A stretch of 50,352 bases of DNA from an uncultured Erysipelotrichaceae bacterium (GTDB lineage Bacteria; Bacillota_I; Bacilli_A; RFN20; CAG-826), in assembly GCA_902796125.1 (NCBI GenBank), contig CADBNT010000003.1, positions 1-50,352 on the forward strand, read 5' to 3'. The notes beneath the pieces were generated by a model. It saw only the letters and a program-made list of their open reading frames with translations, did no database searches and was not told the origin of the DNA. This document shows positions 28,404-37,811 of this stretch, piece by piece. The translations under genes and the position numbers were made by a program. Positions within the stretch are counted from its first letter, which is position 1; each line of letters starts with the position of its first letter.

Positions 28404-29386
28404 TATTTTCCCTCCTTTGTAATTTGATAAACGATGTGATCAAGTAGTAAACCGATATTAACATTTAAATCCAGTTTATTACTTGCAGTCATGATTGTTA
28501 TAAGTGATTTGTCAATATTAGACAAGTGACTTATAAGTTCACGCAGTATTGTATCATAACTTTTTAAAACAATATCTTCACCAATTGAAAGATTTAGTAA
28601 GTTTTGAAATACTTCGGCAAGCATCTTTAAATAAAGCCTTGCGATATCGTTTGTTTTTATCTTTGGAATAATTAGTCTTTCACATGTGAAAATAGCGTCT
28701 TCAGGACTCATTAATAGCGAATTTAATTGATCGTTAAGAGCTTGCTTAGCGATTTGATAATTATCTTCTTCAGAAACTCTTTTAATTGTATTGGAGTCGT
28801 TATAGAAGGCGCTTAATAGCTCTGCGTCTTCGTCTAAAACGCCCATTTCAAGAGATTCGTTTATTACTTCGTTGCGATTAATTGCTTTAAAACGCAATAC
28901 TTGAGTTCTAGAAATAATTGTTGGAAGAACTTTAGATTCGTTTTCTGTTGTTAAAAAAGCATAGATATTTTTACCTGGCTCCTCTAAGAATTTGAGAAGT
29001 GAATTAACAGCGATAGGAGTCATTGTTTCCACTAAATGAAGGACATAAATCATGATGCCTTTTGACTCTAATGCTGATTTATCAAAATTATCGATGATTT
29101 TTTCAATGTCACCTTTTTTAATTTTCCCCGCTTCTCCATCAAAAATCATGAAGTCAGGATAGTTACCTTCATCAACTCTCATGCATGTAATGCAATTATC
29201 GCAAGCGAGAGGATTTGGTTCATCACAAATCAAAGATTTGCCTAAATATATAGCAACGTCTTTTAAAGGCATTCCAACTGAGCCAGATAAAAGATATGCA
29301 TGAGAAAGGTGATCGCCTTTAATAGCGTTTTCAAATGTTCTATATATAACTGGTTGGTGTTTCTTTAAATATTCGTTTATTTGCAT
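28403..29386 (-). CDS. holB: DNA polymerase III delta-prime subunit
   Basis: SHAYL, zinc module C...CDNCITC, NSLLKFLEEP, LPTIISR; conserved position after tmk. Confidence 0.92.
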   Translation of the reverse strand: MQINEYLKKHQPVIYRTFENAIKGDHLSHAYLLSGSVGMPLKDVAIYLGKSLICDEPNPLACDNCITCMRVDEGNYPDFMIFDGEAGKIKKGDIEKIIDNFDKSALESKGIMIYVLHLVETMTPIAVNSLLKFLEEPGKNIYAFLTTENESKVLPTIISRTQVLRFKAINRNEVINESLEMGVLDEDAELLSAFYNDSNTIKRVSEEDNYQIAKQALNDQLNSLLMSPEDAIFTCERLIIPKIKTNDIARLYLKMLAEVFQNLLNLSIGEDIVLKSYDTILRELISHLSNIDKSLITIMTASNKLDLNVNIGLLLDHIVYQITKEGK

Positions 29387-30003
29387 TATTTAATACGAGC
29401 TTTAATAGCCTTATATGCATCTTCTACAACATCTTCAAATGGTTTAGATGCATCAAGGATAACGAAACGATCTTTAAAGCGTTCTGCTAAAGAAAGGAAC
29501 GCTTTACGAACGCTATCGTGAAATTCAATTTTTTCTAAATCTAAGCGATTTACTTCTCTATTTTTATTCGCAGCAATTCTTGCTAAACCGATGCGAGGAT
29601 CAATATCGAATAAAAGAGTGACATCTGGATAATATCCTTCAGTCGCAAACATGTTCATGGCAAGTACTTTATCGATGCCAAGATTTCTAGCTCCACCTTG
29701 ATACGCTAAAGAAGAATCGAGGAAACGGTCTGAAATAACAATTTTTCCTTCTTTAGAAAGTGGCCATACTTTTTCAACTAAATGTTGTCTTCTACTTGCG
29801 GCATATAAAAGTGCTTCGGTAACAGGATCCATAGCAGTGTTTTTCTTATCTAAGATAACGTTGCGAATCTCTTCAGCGATTGGAGTGCCACCAGGTTCTC
29901 TAGTTAAAACAACTTCAAAGCCTTCCTTTTCGAGTCTTTCAACAACTTTTTTGGTAACGCTTGATTTACCTGAACCTTCTGGTCCTTCAATAGTGATAAA
30001 CAT
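29386..30003 (-). CDS. tmk: Thymidylate kinase
   Basis: FITIEGPEGSGKS, TREPGG, DRFLDSSLAYQG. Confidence 0.97.
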   Translation of the reverse strand: MFITIEGPEGSGKSSVTKKVVERLEKEGFEVVLTREPGGTPIAEEIRNVILDKKNTAMDPVTEALLYAASRRQHLVEKVWPLSKEGKIVISDRFLDSSLAYQGGARNLGIDKVLAMNMFATEGYYPDVTLLFDIDPRIGLARIAANKNREVNRLDLEKIEFHDSVRKAFLSLAERFKDRFVILDASKPFEDVVEDAYKAIKARIK

Positions 30004-30014
30004 AATGTTTCCTC

Positions 30015-30611
30015 CTAGATTTTCTTTCTGCCTTCAAGGGCTTTTGAGAGCGTAAGTGCGTCCGCGTATTCAAGATGTCCACCCATTGGGAGTCCATACG
30101 CAAGACGAGTTAAATTAACATCAAAGTTTTCAAGTATCTTTGCAAGATATAAAGCAGTGGTTTCACCCTCTGTTGTTGGGTTAGTAGCAATAATTACTTC
30201 TTTAACCCCATCTTCTTTGATTCTCCTTAAGAGACTATCGATATTTAGATCTTCAATACCAACACCGTTTATGGCGGATAAAGTTCCACCTAAAACATGA
30301 TATTTTCCGTTATAGGAATTTAATTTTTCAAAAGCCACTACATCCTTTGGATATGAAACGACGATGATTTTGGTTTTATCTCTACTATCGTTAGAGCAAA
30401 TGTCACAAATATCATCTTCAGTTAGTGTTCCACAAATAGGACATTTATGGACAGCTTTTTTAGCATCTTTTAAAGCATTTGAAAATAACTCAACATCTTC
30501 ATCAGACATTTCAAGGACTGAATAAGCCATCTTTTCTGCGGACTTATGTCCCACTCCAGGAAGACGAGAGAATGAATCGGTTAATTTTTCAATGCTTTTA
30601 AGTTCTTTCAT
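30015..30611 (-). CDS. recR: Recombination protein RecR
   Basis: LPGVG.KSA, C4 finger, YHVLGG, EVIIATNPT.EGE.TA, G.LEYAD. Confidence 0.97.
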   Translation of the reverse strand: MKELKSIEKLTDSFSRLPGVGHKSAEKMAYSVLEMSDEDVELFSNALKDAKKAVHKCPICGTLTEDDICDICSNDSRDKTKIIVVSYPKDVVAFEKLNSYNGKYHVLGGTLSAINGVGIEDLNIDSLLRRIKEDGVKEVIIATNPTTEGETTALYLAKILENFDVNLTRLAYGLPMGGHLEYADALTLSKALEGRKKI

Positions 30612-30910
30612 TAATATAAACCGCCCGGTCTACCAGTAATCTTTTCGTTAATAGCTTCTTCTTCTTTTGCAATTGCTTGATGCGCTTCATTGATTGCTAA
30701 TGCAATCATTTCTTCAACCATCTCTTTGTTATCAGCGTCAAAAGCATCTTTATCAATGTCGATAGCTTTTACTGATTTATCACCCATAACAGTGACTTTA
30801 ACTGCTCCGCCTTTTGAGATGACGAACTCTTTGGCTTTTAATTCGTCTTGAGCTTTCTTAAGTTCACGTTGCATCTTTTGGGCTTGCATAAGCATTTGTT
30901 GCATGTTCAT
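30611..30910 (-). CDS. ybaB: YbaB/EbfC nucleoid-associated protein
   Basis: MNMQQML.QAQKMQ, GGAVKV; between dnaX and recR. Confidence 0.93.
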   Translation of the reverse strand: MNMQQMLMQAQKMQRELKKAQDELKAKEFVISKGGAVKVTVMGDKSVKAIDIDKDAFDADNKEMVEEMIALAINEAHQAIAKEEEAINEKITGRPGGLY

Positions 30911-30911
30911 A

Positions 30912-32651
30912 TTACTTAATCTCCTCTATGTTGATTTTGATTTCGCTTGGTTTTGGAAGCTGAGATATTTGTCTTAAATTATGATATGCAGTGATAAGTC
31001 TCACCGATTCACTACGTGAAATAGAATAGACAAATACTTCGTGTCCAACCATTTTGTTTATGAGTTCAGATAATAATTTTTGATTTGATTTGATATTAGC
31101 TTTGGATGTTAGTTTTTCGAAGTCGTATTCAAGGACGACAAATTGTTTTGTAACAATAAATGGTCTTCCATCTTTTAAAAGTGAAACAACGCTTCCATAA
31201 GTTGGATGAGAAATATAAGCATTTAAATCACTCCACTTAGCAAGCAAAGCTTTTCTTGCTTCTTTATCTCCTAAAACCATGAGTTTGATAATCATGTCAT
31301 CATCAAATTCATATTGATCACCATCAGATTCAATTTGAGGTTGTTCCTCATCGTCCATGAGTAACCAATCTGGAGCTTTTTCAATTTTTGGTTGTGCAGG
31401 AGCAGGCGCTGGCGCTGGTGCTGGTGCAGGTTCAGACATAGGCTCTGGTTTAATCTCCTCCATTGGAGGGACAGGATCCTCTTTAATAACAATCTCAGGC
31501 TCTTCCGCTTTAGGTGTGGCCTTTGGAGCTTGAACTGGTTTAACTTGAACCTTAGGAGCAGGGGCTTCTTCAGGTTCTTCTAATGTTGATAGTCGTAAAA
31601 CGACTAATTCGAATAAAGTTTTGATATTATTAACGGTTTTGTAATCGATTTGAGCATTGATAAACGAACGAATAAATTCGTTAAGTTTTCTAGCATCGAA
31701 TAATTGGACAAGTTCATCTGCTTCCGCTTCACTTAAAACTGTTAATTCGTGTTCATCTCTAGTTTTTCTTAATATAAGAACATCTTTGAGAATATCGAGA
31801 ATATCGGATGTGAGACGTTTTAAATCCACTCCGCCTTCTGAGAAAGCGTTAATTCTTTCAAGAGTGCGAGAAACATCTCCGTTAGCGATATCTTTGATAA
31901 ACTCAATTTTTTCGCGAGTGGATGCTAGACCAAATAAGGTAAAAACATCATCTTCTGATAATGTGTTTCCTGAATATGCAAGAATTTGATCAAGAATTGA
32001 TAAAGCATCTCTCATTCCTCCATCAGCGAGTGAAATGATGGCTCTAACAGCATCCTTATCATATTGAACGTTTTCTTTTTCAAGAATCTTAATCATTCTT
32101 TCTTCAATATCAGCATCACTTACTTTAGTAAAATCATATCTTTGACATCTAGAAAGGATGGTTGGGAGAATGTTATGAGGTTCGGTTGTTGCAAGGATGA
32201 AAATGACATGTGCTGGTGGTTCTTCAAGAGTTTTAAGAAGAGCGTTAAAAGCGTTCATAGTCATCATATGAACTTCGTCGATAATATAGACTTTGTATCT
32301 CCCTTTAATAGGAAGATAATTAACTTTATCTATTAAATCTCTAACTTGTTCAACACCATTATTTGACGCAGCATCGATTTCAATAACATCTGGATGTGAA
32401 CCTTCGGTTACTTCAACACAGTTAGAGCATTTATTGCATTGATGTCCAATGCCTTCTTCACAGTTGAGTGCTTTAGCAAATAGCTTTGCCATTGTAGTTT
32501 TTCCTGTTCCACGAGGGCCACAGAAAAGATAAGCATGAGCAATCTTGTTAGTTTCTAGTGCATTCTTTAAAGTACGAACAATATGTTGCTGACCTGCAAC
32601 TTCTTCAAAGGTTTGAGGTCTATAAGTTCTATAAAGTGCTTTATATGCCAT
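30912..32651 (-). CDS. dnaX: DNA polymerase III gamma/tau
   Basis: ALYR.YRPQTF, GPRGTGKT, IDEVHM, SRC, GGMRDA; Pro/Ala-rich linker. Start reassigned to ATG 32651. Confidence 0.97.
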   Translation of the reverse strand: MAYKALYRTYRPQTFEEVAGQQHIVRTLKNALETNKIAHAYLFCGPRGTGKTTMAKLFAKALNCEEGIGHQCNKCSNCVEVTEGSHPDVIEIDAASNNGVEQVRDLIDKVNYLPIKGRYKVYIIDEVHMMTMNAFNALLKTLEEPPAHVIFILATTEPHNILPTILSRCQRYDFTKVSDADIEERMIKILEKENVQYDKDAVRAIISLADGGMRDALSILDQILAYSGNTLSEDDVFTLFGLASTREKIEFIKDIANGDVSRTLERINAFSEGGVDLKRLTSDILDILKDVLILRKTRDEHELTVLSEAEADELVQLFDARKLNEFIRSFINAQIDYKTVNNIKTLFELVVLRLSTLEEPEEAPAPKVQVKPVQAPKATPKAEEPEIVIKEDPVPPMEEIKPEPMSEPAPAPAPAPAPAQPKIEKAPDWLLMDDEEQPQIESDGDQYEFDDDMIIKLMVLGDKEARKALLAKWSDLNAYISHPTYGSVVSLLKDGRPFIVTKQFVVLEYDFEKLTSKANIKSNQKLLSELINKMVGHEVFVYSISRSESVRLITAYHNLRQISQLPKPSEIKINIEEIK

Positions 32652-32772
32652 AAACAAATACCAAGAATGATTATACAAGTTTTAGATATCTATTAAAAGA
32701 ACAAATACGAACATTTGATAGTATATCAACGCTTTATTGAGACATGCAGTTATGATATAATCAACTCCAGTT

Positions 32773-33855
32773 ATGGAAAATAGCATGTTAAAACGTCTCG
32801 AGGCTACCAAAATTCGCCTTGAGGAAATCGATAAAGCTCTAATGGATGAGAATATCACAAAAGATATTCGTAAATTTCGTGATTTATCTAAAGAAAGAGC
32901 GAACCTAGAACCAGTCGTAGAATGTTACGAAAAGCATCTTGAAAATGAATCAAATATTAAAGATGCTGAAATGATGATTGGTGATTCTGATCCAGAGATT
33001 TCTGAACTTGGAAGAAGTGAACATAAACGTTTGCTCGAAGAAGAAGCAGAACTTGAAGAAAAGATTAAAATCTTGCTCCTTCCAAAAGACCCTAATGATG
33101 ACAAGAACATTATTGTTGAAATTAGAGGTGCTGCTGGTGGAGATGAAGCCAATATCTTTGCTGGTGACTTATTTAGAATGTACGTTCGTTATGCCGAACA
33201 TAATGGATGGCATGTTCAAATGATTGAAGAAAACATTTCAGAAGCAGGTGGTTTTTCGCTTGTTTCATTCATGATAAAAGGTGATGGTGTCTATTCAAGA
33301 CTAAAATTTGAATCAGGCGCACATCGCGTTCAACGTGTTCCGAAAACCGAAGCATCTGGACGTATTCATACGTCCACAGCAACTGTTTTAGTTATGCCTG
33401 AAATGGAAGACATCGAAGTCGAACTTAAAATGGAAGATATTCAAGTTGATACATATCGCTCTCAAGGCGCAGGTGGACAAAACGTTAACAAAACCGAATC
33501 TGCAGTTCGCATGACACACATTCCAACAGGGGTTGTTGTTTCATGTCAAACTGAAAAATCACAAATTCAAAATAGAGAAATTTGTATGCAGATGCTTAGA
33601 GCAAAAATTTTCGCCAAACTACAAGAAGAACAAGAAGAAAAGTTCGGTAATGAAAGAAAACTTAAAGTCGGAACTGGTGAAAGAAGTGAAAAGATTAGAA
33701 CATACAATTATCCTCAAAATAGAGTCACTGATCATCGCATCGGATTCACCATTCAAAAGCTCGATAGAGTTATGGAAGGCGACCTTGATGAGATTCTCGA
33801 CGCTTTAATGCACTATGACCAAGAAATGAAGATGCTTGGCGAGCAAGAAAAATGA
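32773..33855 (+). CDS. prfA: Peptide chain release factor 1
   Basis: GGDEA, HRVQRVPKT (PxT), GAGGQ, RSEKIRTYN. Confidence 0.97.
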   Translation: MENSMLKRLEATKIRLEEIDKALMDENITKDIRKFRDLSKERANLEPVVECYEKHLENESNIKDAEMMIGDSDPEISELGRSEHKRLLEEEAELEEKIKILLLPKDPNDDKNIIVEIRGAAGGDEANIFAGDLFRMYVRYAEHNGWHVQMIEENISEAGGFSLVSFMIKGDGVYSRLKFESGAHRVQRVPKTEASGRIHTSTATVLVMPEMEDIEVELKMEDIQVDTYRSQGAGGQNVNKTESAVRMTHIPTGVVVSCQTEKSQIQNREICMQMLRAKIFAKLQEEQEEKFGNERKLKVGTGERSEKIRTYNYPQNRVTDHRIGFTIQKLDRVMEGDLDEILDALMHYDQEMKMLGEQEK

Positions 33856-34691
33856 CAATAAAAGACGCTTATCATCAAGCGATACAAAAACTTAAAAATC
33901 CTGAAGTCGAAGAAATTAATATTCGTATACTTTTATGCGAAATAAATGAGCTTCCAAGCATGTCTTCTTTCTATTTTTCTGAAGACGAAGAAGTTAAGGA
34001 TTTGCAGAGATTTAATGAACTTTTTGAGAGATTTTTGAACGGAGAACCTGTTCAATATTTGATTAACAAATCCAACTTTTTCGGCTATGACTTTTACGTC
34101 GATAAAAGGGTACTAATTCCTCGTCAGGAGAGCGAAGAAGTGGTTGCTTTTGCTATTGACAAGGCCAAAGAAAATTTTGAGGAAGATAATTTAACAATTT
34201 TTGATGTTTGTTGTGGCTCTGGATGCCTTGGAATTACCCTTTCGAGGTGTCTAAACGCTAAAAAACTATACCTTTCTGATATCTCAAAAGATGCGCTTGA
34301 TGTTGCTCAAAAAAATCTTGAGCTTAATGGCATTGAAGGTGATGTTTTGCTTAGCGACGGACTCTCAGAACACCTTAAACAAAATCTTAAGTGTGATATT
34401 TTGATTGCTAACCCTCCATATATCGTTAATAAAGATGATGTTGATGCATCTGTAATGAATCATGAACCTCATTTAGCCCTTTTTGCTGATAAAAAATTAA
34501 GCGTATATGATGGCATCATCTCGAATCTAACAAAAGTTGCTAACAAACCTTTCCTCGCCGTCTTTGAAATTGGCTATGATATTGTCTCTATCTTAGAGGG
34601 AATAGTTCGCAAGTATTTACCAAAGGCGCACTATGAAATAATTAAAGATATGAATGGCAAAAATCGCATTTTGGCGGTTATTTTGAAGTAA
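33852..34691 (+). CDS. prmC: Release factor glutamine methyltransferase
   Basis: GEPVQY, VLIPR.E.EE, DVCCGSG, NPPY, EP.LALF. Confidence 0.95.
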   Translation: MTIKDAYHQAIQKLKNPEVEEINIRILLCEINELPSMSSFYFSEDEEVKDLQRFNELFERFLNGEPVQYLINKSNFFGYDFYVDKRVLIPRQESEEVVAFAIDKAKENFEEDNLTIFDVCCGSGCLGITLSRCLNAKKLYLSDISKDALDVAQKNLELNGIEGDVLLSDGLSEHLKQNLKCDILIANPPYIVNKDDVDASVMNHEPHLALFADKKLSVYDGIISNLTKVANKPFLAVFEIGYDIVSILEGIVRKYLPKAHYEIIKDMNGKNRILAVILK

Positions 34692-34692
34692 T

Positions 34693-35304
34693 ATGAAGAC
34701 TTTTAGAAGTAGTGAATTGAAGGCTGCTGCTCAGCTATTAAAAGAAGGTGGATTATTAGCTTTTCCAACTGAAACTGTTTTTGGTTTTGGCGTTGTTTAC
34801 GATAACGAAGATGCGTATAAGAAATTAGTTAATGTTAAAAGAAGACCACCGGAGCAGCCTTTTACAGTGATGTGTTCTGATATTGAAGATTTATCTAAGT
34901 TGGCTTATCTAAATGATAAGGCGATCAAGCTGATTAATAAATTTATGCCTGGTCAAATTACTCTCATTGTAAAAGCTAAAGAAGGCCTTCCTTCGTTTGC
35001 AGTTTCTAAAGACGGTAACGTCGGAATAAGAATCCCAAATTATGATATTGTTCGCGAATTAATTCGCGAAGTTAACAAACCTCTCCTTGTTCCAAGTGCG
35101 AACAGACACGGAGAAAGACCAGCGCTAAACGCTCAAGAAGTAATAGATAACTTTTCTAAAGAAATTGATGGTATTATATTAGGTGATACTATTAGTAATG
35201 TTCCTTCTACGATTGTTCTTATCAATAATGAAGTACGTGTCATTCGTGAAGGATCAATTAGCAAAGATGAAATTAAAAATGTAATAGGAGAGAAAGTATT
35301 ATGA
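34693..35304 (+). CDS. tsaC: L-threonylcarbamoyladenylate synthase, short TsaC/YrdC form
   Basis: FPTETVFG, K.R, GIRIP, PSAN, PST, REG; no SUA5 C-terminal domain. Confidence 0.92.
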   Translation: MKTFRSSELKAAAQLLKEGGLLAFPTETVFGFGVVYDNEDAYKKLVNVKRRPPEQPFTVMCSDIEDLSKLAYLNDKAIKLINKFMPGQITLIVKAKEGLPSFAVSKDGNVGIRIPNYDIVRELIREVNKPLLVPSANRHGERPALNAQEVIDNFSKEIDGIILGDTISNVPSTIVLINNEVRVIREGSISKDEIKNVIGEKVL

Positions 35305-35729
35305 AAATCTCAATTGGATCAGACCACGCAGGTTATGCCTATAAAGAAGAGATAAAAAAGTATCTCTCTAACAAAGGATATGGAGTAATTGATTGTGGCA
35401 CAAACTCATTAGAATCGTGTGATTATCCTGAATTTGGTAAGGAAGCTGCAAGAAAAGTAGCTAATAAAGAGGCTGATTTCGGAATAGTTGTATGTTCTTC
35501 CGGCGAAGGTATTTCAATCGCTGCGAACAAAGTTAAAGGCATTAGATGTGGACTTGCTTACAATGACGATGTCGCTAGACTTATTCGTCAACACAATAAT
35601 GCTAATATGATTGGTTTTGGCGCTTCGTTTATGAAACTTGAAGATGTTTTAAGAAGAATCGACATCTTCCTTGCTACACCTTTTGAAGGTGGTAGACACG
35701 AACGTCGCGTAAACAAAATAGAGGAGTAA
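35301..35729 (+). CDS. rpiB: Ribose-5-phosphate isomerase B
   Basis: GSDHAG, DYP, C.SG.G..I.ANKVKGIR, R.HNNAN, FEGGRH..RV. Confidence 0.95.
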   Translation: MKISIGSDHAGYAYKEEIKKYLSNKGYGVIDCGTNSLESCDYPEFGKEAARKVANKEADFGIVVCSSGEGISIAANKVKGIRCGLAYNDDVARLIRQHNNANMIGFGASFMKLEDVLRRIDIFLATPFEGGRHERRVNKIEE

Positions 35730-35734
35730 ATAAA

Positions 35735-35905
35735 ATGGAAGATAAGAAAAAATTCCAAGTTCGCTGTCCTGTTTGCGGACACATCTATCAGTATGAAGAA
35801 AAAGATTTAGTCTTCACTGAAGAAAATCGTTTAGGTGCAACAATTTGCCCAGTTTGTGGAGTTGAAGTCAATCATACTCTATCTACTCCAGTCGAAGAAG
35901 AATAA
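35735..35905 (+). CDS. 56-aa zinc-ribbon protein (not in ORF track)
   Basis: RBS GAGGAG-N8-ATG; MEDKKKFQVRCPVCGHIYQYEEKDLVFTEENRLGATICPVCGVEVNHTLSTPVEEE; terminator follows. Confidence 0.85.
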   Translation: MEDKKKFQVRCPVCGHIYQYEEKDLVFTEENRLGATICPVCGVEVNHTLSTPVEEE

Positions 35906-35928
35906 TTTATTTAAAAATTATTATTTTG

Positions 35929-35955
35929 AAAAAGCGGATTAAATTCCGCTTTTTT
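35929..35955 (+). terminator. Intrinsic terminator of the prfA operon
   Basis: AAAAAGCGGA-TTAAAT-TCCGCTTTTTT. Confidence 0.88.
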
Positions 35956-35990
35956 GTTACAAAATAATTACTTTTGTCCTAATAAAGGGT

Positions 35991-37133
35991 ATGGATACTT
36001 TTATCTGCCCTAGATGTGGAAACAAAAACCCAAAATACATTGGATATAAAAACGGAGAACCTTATTGTCGTTTTTGTATTTCTATGAAAGGAGAGTCCGC
36101 TTCTTCTTACACTCCAAAAGGCGGACTTGTTGTTCTTGATTTGAAGTACAAACTTTCTAGTGCTCAGGAGTCTATTGCAACTTCTGTTCTTAATAATTAT
36201 ATAAAAGGAATAGATACGTTAATTAATGCAGTGTGTGGTGCAGGAAAGACAGAATTGGTCTATAAGGTAATCGCTCATGCACTATCACAAAGAAAAACTG
36301 TTGGTTTTGCAATCCCTAGGCGTGATGTTGTGATTGAATTATTTCCAAGACTAAAAAGTGCCTTTCCAAATAATTCAATAACGTGTGTTTATGGTGGAAA
36401 TACAAATAAATTAACCGCAGATATTATTCTTTTGACTACTCATCAACTATATAGGTACGAGCACTTTTTTGACTTACTTATCATTGATGAGATAGATGCC
36501 TTTCCTTATAAAGATAACGTTTTATTAAGCAGCATGTTTAAGAGATCTTTAAGGGGCCATTTTGTTATGATGTCCGCCACACCTTCTCAGGACGTGATTG
36601 AATATTTTAAACAGGACGGAAGAGCGATTTTAGAATTAAACGAAAGATTTCATCATCACCCTCTTCCAGTGCCGGTTTTAAAGATAAGACCAGGACCTAC
36701 AAAGCTGTTATTTTTGATTTCAAGTTTGAAACAATTTATAAGTAAAAATAAACCTGTTTTTGTATTCACTCCTACTATAGAAATATGCGAGAGTGTTTAT
36801 AGCATTTTGTCTAAAATCATTCCTTTAGGAATGCTTGTTCATTCAAAGCATCCTAAACGCAATGAAATTATCATGAATTTTAAGAATGGGAAATACAAAT
36901 ATTTAGTGACAACAGCAGTGCTTGAAAGAGGAGTTACAATTAAGGACTTACAAGTCATTATTTATCAAGCTGATCATAAGCTTTATGACGAACATGCTTT
37001 GATCCAAATTTCAGGAAGGGTAGGAAGAAAATATGATTCTCCAGAAGGTGAAGTTATTTTTATCGCAACTAAGGAAACCAAAGCCATTAGAAACGCAATT
37101 GAAACAATTAGAAGTAAGAACCTCTATTTGTAA
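35991..37133 (+). CDS. comFA: Competence helicase-like ATPase ComFA
   Basis: CPRC...CRFC zinc site, AVCGAGKTE, PRRDV..EL, IIDEIDAFP, SATP, LERGVT, QISGRVGR. Confidence 0.93.
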   Translation: MDTFICPRCGNKNPKYIGYKNGEPYCRFCISMKGESASSYTPKGGLVVLDLKYKLSSAQESIATSVLNNYIKGIDTLINAVCGAGKTELVYKVIAHALSQRKTVGFAIPRRDVVIELFPRLKSAFPNNSITCVYGGNTNKLTADIILLTTHQLYRYEHFFDLLIIDEIDAFPYKDNVLLSSMFKRSLRGHFVMMSATPSQDVIEYFKQDGRAILELNERFHHHPLPVPVLKIRPGPTKLLFLISSLKQFISKNKPVFVFTPTIEICESVYSILSKIIPLGMLVHSKHPKRNEIIMNFKNGKYKYLVTTAVLERGVTIKDLQVIIYQADHKLYDEHALIQISGRVGRKYDSPEGEVIFIATKETKAIRNAIETIRSKNLYL

Positions 37134-37731
37134 GATTTGCTTTAACACAATTGAAGAGAAATCAATACACTCAATCCTTTTTGTTGAACCAAAAATTTGT
37201 CACAAGTGTTTTGAGCAATTTAATCCAGTTTTGCGAAGATTTCGAGTGCAAAATATAGATGCAATGCATATTTTTTACTATGATGAAGTCGTTAAAGAAA
37301 AACTGTATCAACTTAAAGGATGTTTTGATTATGAATTAGCACCAGTTTTCCTTGAGTATTTTTTGCCTTACTTGAAGATTGGATACTTTGGCTACTTCAT
37401 TGTTCCAGCCCCATCTTATATTTCTGCTGATGAGGAAAGAGGTTTTAATCATGTTGAAGAGATTTTTAAGCCTCTTGGACTAAAAATGATTAAATGTATC
37501 CATAAAACACAAGCTATAAAGCAGGCGGATTTAAGCAGCGACGAAAGAAAAAACATTAAGAGCTATCTAACTATTGATGACATCGACTTTTCAAATAAGA
37601 AAATTCTTATCGTTGATGATGTGTTCACGACTGGTTCAACTGTAAACGCAATGATCGATTTGATTAAAAGTAAAAACCCAAAAAAGATAAAAATACTTGT
37701 CATGTCAAAAACTAAGGATATTGAGTACTAG
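37099..37731 (+). CDS. comFC: ComFC phosphoribosyltransferase-like competence protein (start uncertain: TTG 37099 or ATG 37033)
   Basis: CKIC...CHKC, RGFNH, LIVDDVFTTGST; overlaps the end of comFA. Confidence 0.88.
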   Translation: MKQLEVRTSICKICFNTIEEKSIHSILFVEPKICHKCFEQFNPVLRRFRVQNIDAMHIFYYDEVVKEKLYQLKGCFDYELAPVFLEYFLPYLKIGYFGYFIVPAPSYISADEERGFNHVEEIFKPLGLKMIKCIHKTQAIKQADLSSDERKNIKSYLTIDDIDFSNKKILIVDDVFTTGSTVNAMIDLIKSKNPKKIKILVMSKTKDIEY

Positions 37732-37753
37732 GACGTTAAATGGAATAATTGGT

Positions 37754-37782
37754 TTGCGATACCATTTTTATAATGGTAATAT
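37754..37782 (+). promoter_or_regulatory. secA promoter with inverted repeat filling the spacer
   Basis: TTGCGA-N17-TAATAT with extended TG; TACCATT-N5-AATGGTA at 37760-37778. Confidence 0.55.
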
Positions 37783-37811
37783 ACATAATTGTTAAGTTAA
37801 GGAGTTTACTT

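Noticed and set aside
31395-31435. GCTGGT-like short repeats in dnaX; possible gamma/tau frameshift signal
   Set aside because: Encodes a PAPAPA linker; no slippery heptamer plus hairpin was spotted by eye.
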